The notes under the pieces: generated by a model
What the model was told of the DNA's origin: nothing
What the model saw: the letters and a program-made list of their open reading frames with translations, nothing else
The model's database searches: none
NCBI GenBank assembly: GCA_049970055.1
Contig: JBMFNR010000001.1
Location: forward strand, 512,001 to 576,000
Reading direction: 5' to 3'
Source of the DNA: Fervidobacterium sp.
Lineage (GTDB): Bacteria; Thermotogota; Thermotogae; Thermotogales; Fervidobacteriaceae
Length of the DNA: 64,000 bases
Shown: positions 63,628 through 64,000 of the stretch, one piece after another
How the letters are laid out: each line of letters opens with the position of its first letter
Numbering within the stretch: the stretch's first letter is position 1
Position numbers and translations under genes: made by a program

Positions 63628-64000
63628 TCCTCCTCTTCTCCTACGATCGCTAATACTTCTTCTATCGTTGTTTCACCACTGAGAACTTTGTAGAGACCAT
63701 CTTGGAACATAGAGACCATACCTTGTTTTCTCGCGGCTTTGTCAATTTCATAAGTAGAGGCTTCTTTCTGTATCAAGCGACGAATTTCTTCGTTAACCAT
63801 TAAAACCTCTGCAACTGCTGTTCGTCCTTTGTAACCTGTGTTATTACACTTTTGACACCCTCTACCTATATATTGAACTGGTTTCATATCTGGAAATATT
63901 TTTTTAGCTTTTTCAACATATTGTGCTGGCAATTCACTCTCTATTTTACAGTACGAGCAGACTTTTCTCACGAGTCTTTGCCCTAGAACGCCAATAAGTG
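63624..64000 (-). CDS. GspE/PilB family secretion/pilus ATPase, 3' end (partial)
   Basis: Frame open from the window end: LIGVLGQRLVRKVCSYC...GCQKC..TGYKGR.AV.E...GETT.EEV. Confidence 0.92.
   Translation of the reverse strand, partial: LIGVLGQRLVRKVCSYCKIESELPAQYVEKAKKIFPDMKPVQYIGRGCQKCNNTGYKGRTAVAEVLMVNEEIRRLIQKEASTYEIDKAARKQGMVSMFQDGLYKVLSGETTIEEVLAIVGEEEE

Overview
A gene-dense, AT-rich bacterial chromosomal segment made mostly of housekeeping genes. The gene set (BCP-nitroreductase fusion, DisA, OmpH, buk-ptb-buk-vor cluster, ThrRS-like/uridine kinase fusion) suggests Thermotogota, probably Fervidobacteriaceae; this is inference from protein similarity recalled by eye. It holds the end of a 2-oxoacid:ferredoxin oxidoreductase operon, a lysine/DAP operon (asd-dapF-dapA-dapB-dapH-lysC-aminotransferase), glyA, disA, the efp-nusB-folP region, hsp20 with a CIRCE element, an amino-acid fermentation operon, tRNA-Gly(CCC), guaB, hfq-hflX, metK-rpsT, hutH, rng, ahcY and the 3' end of a PilB/GspE ATPase. 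I found no mobile element, prophage or CRISPR array. The best finding is an unannotated 40-codon Lys-rich leader peptide (4088-4210) with a complete set of mutually exclusive hairpins upstream of asd. This looks like ribosome-mediated lysine attenuation at a locus where Thermotoga maritima uses a lysine riboswitch. The second is a four-gene operon (45133-47395) encoding a DUF2089 regulator, two bactofilin-like beta-solenoids and a membrane protein; three of these proteins share a SHOCT-like helical tag, and the promoter carries palindromes. All calls were made by eye, with no database searches.
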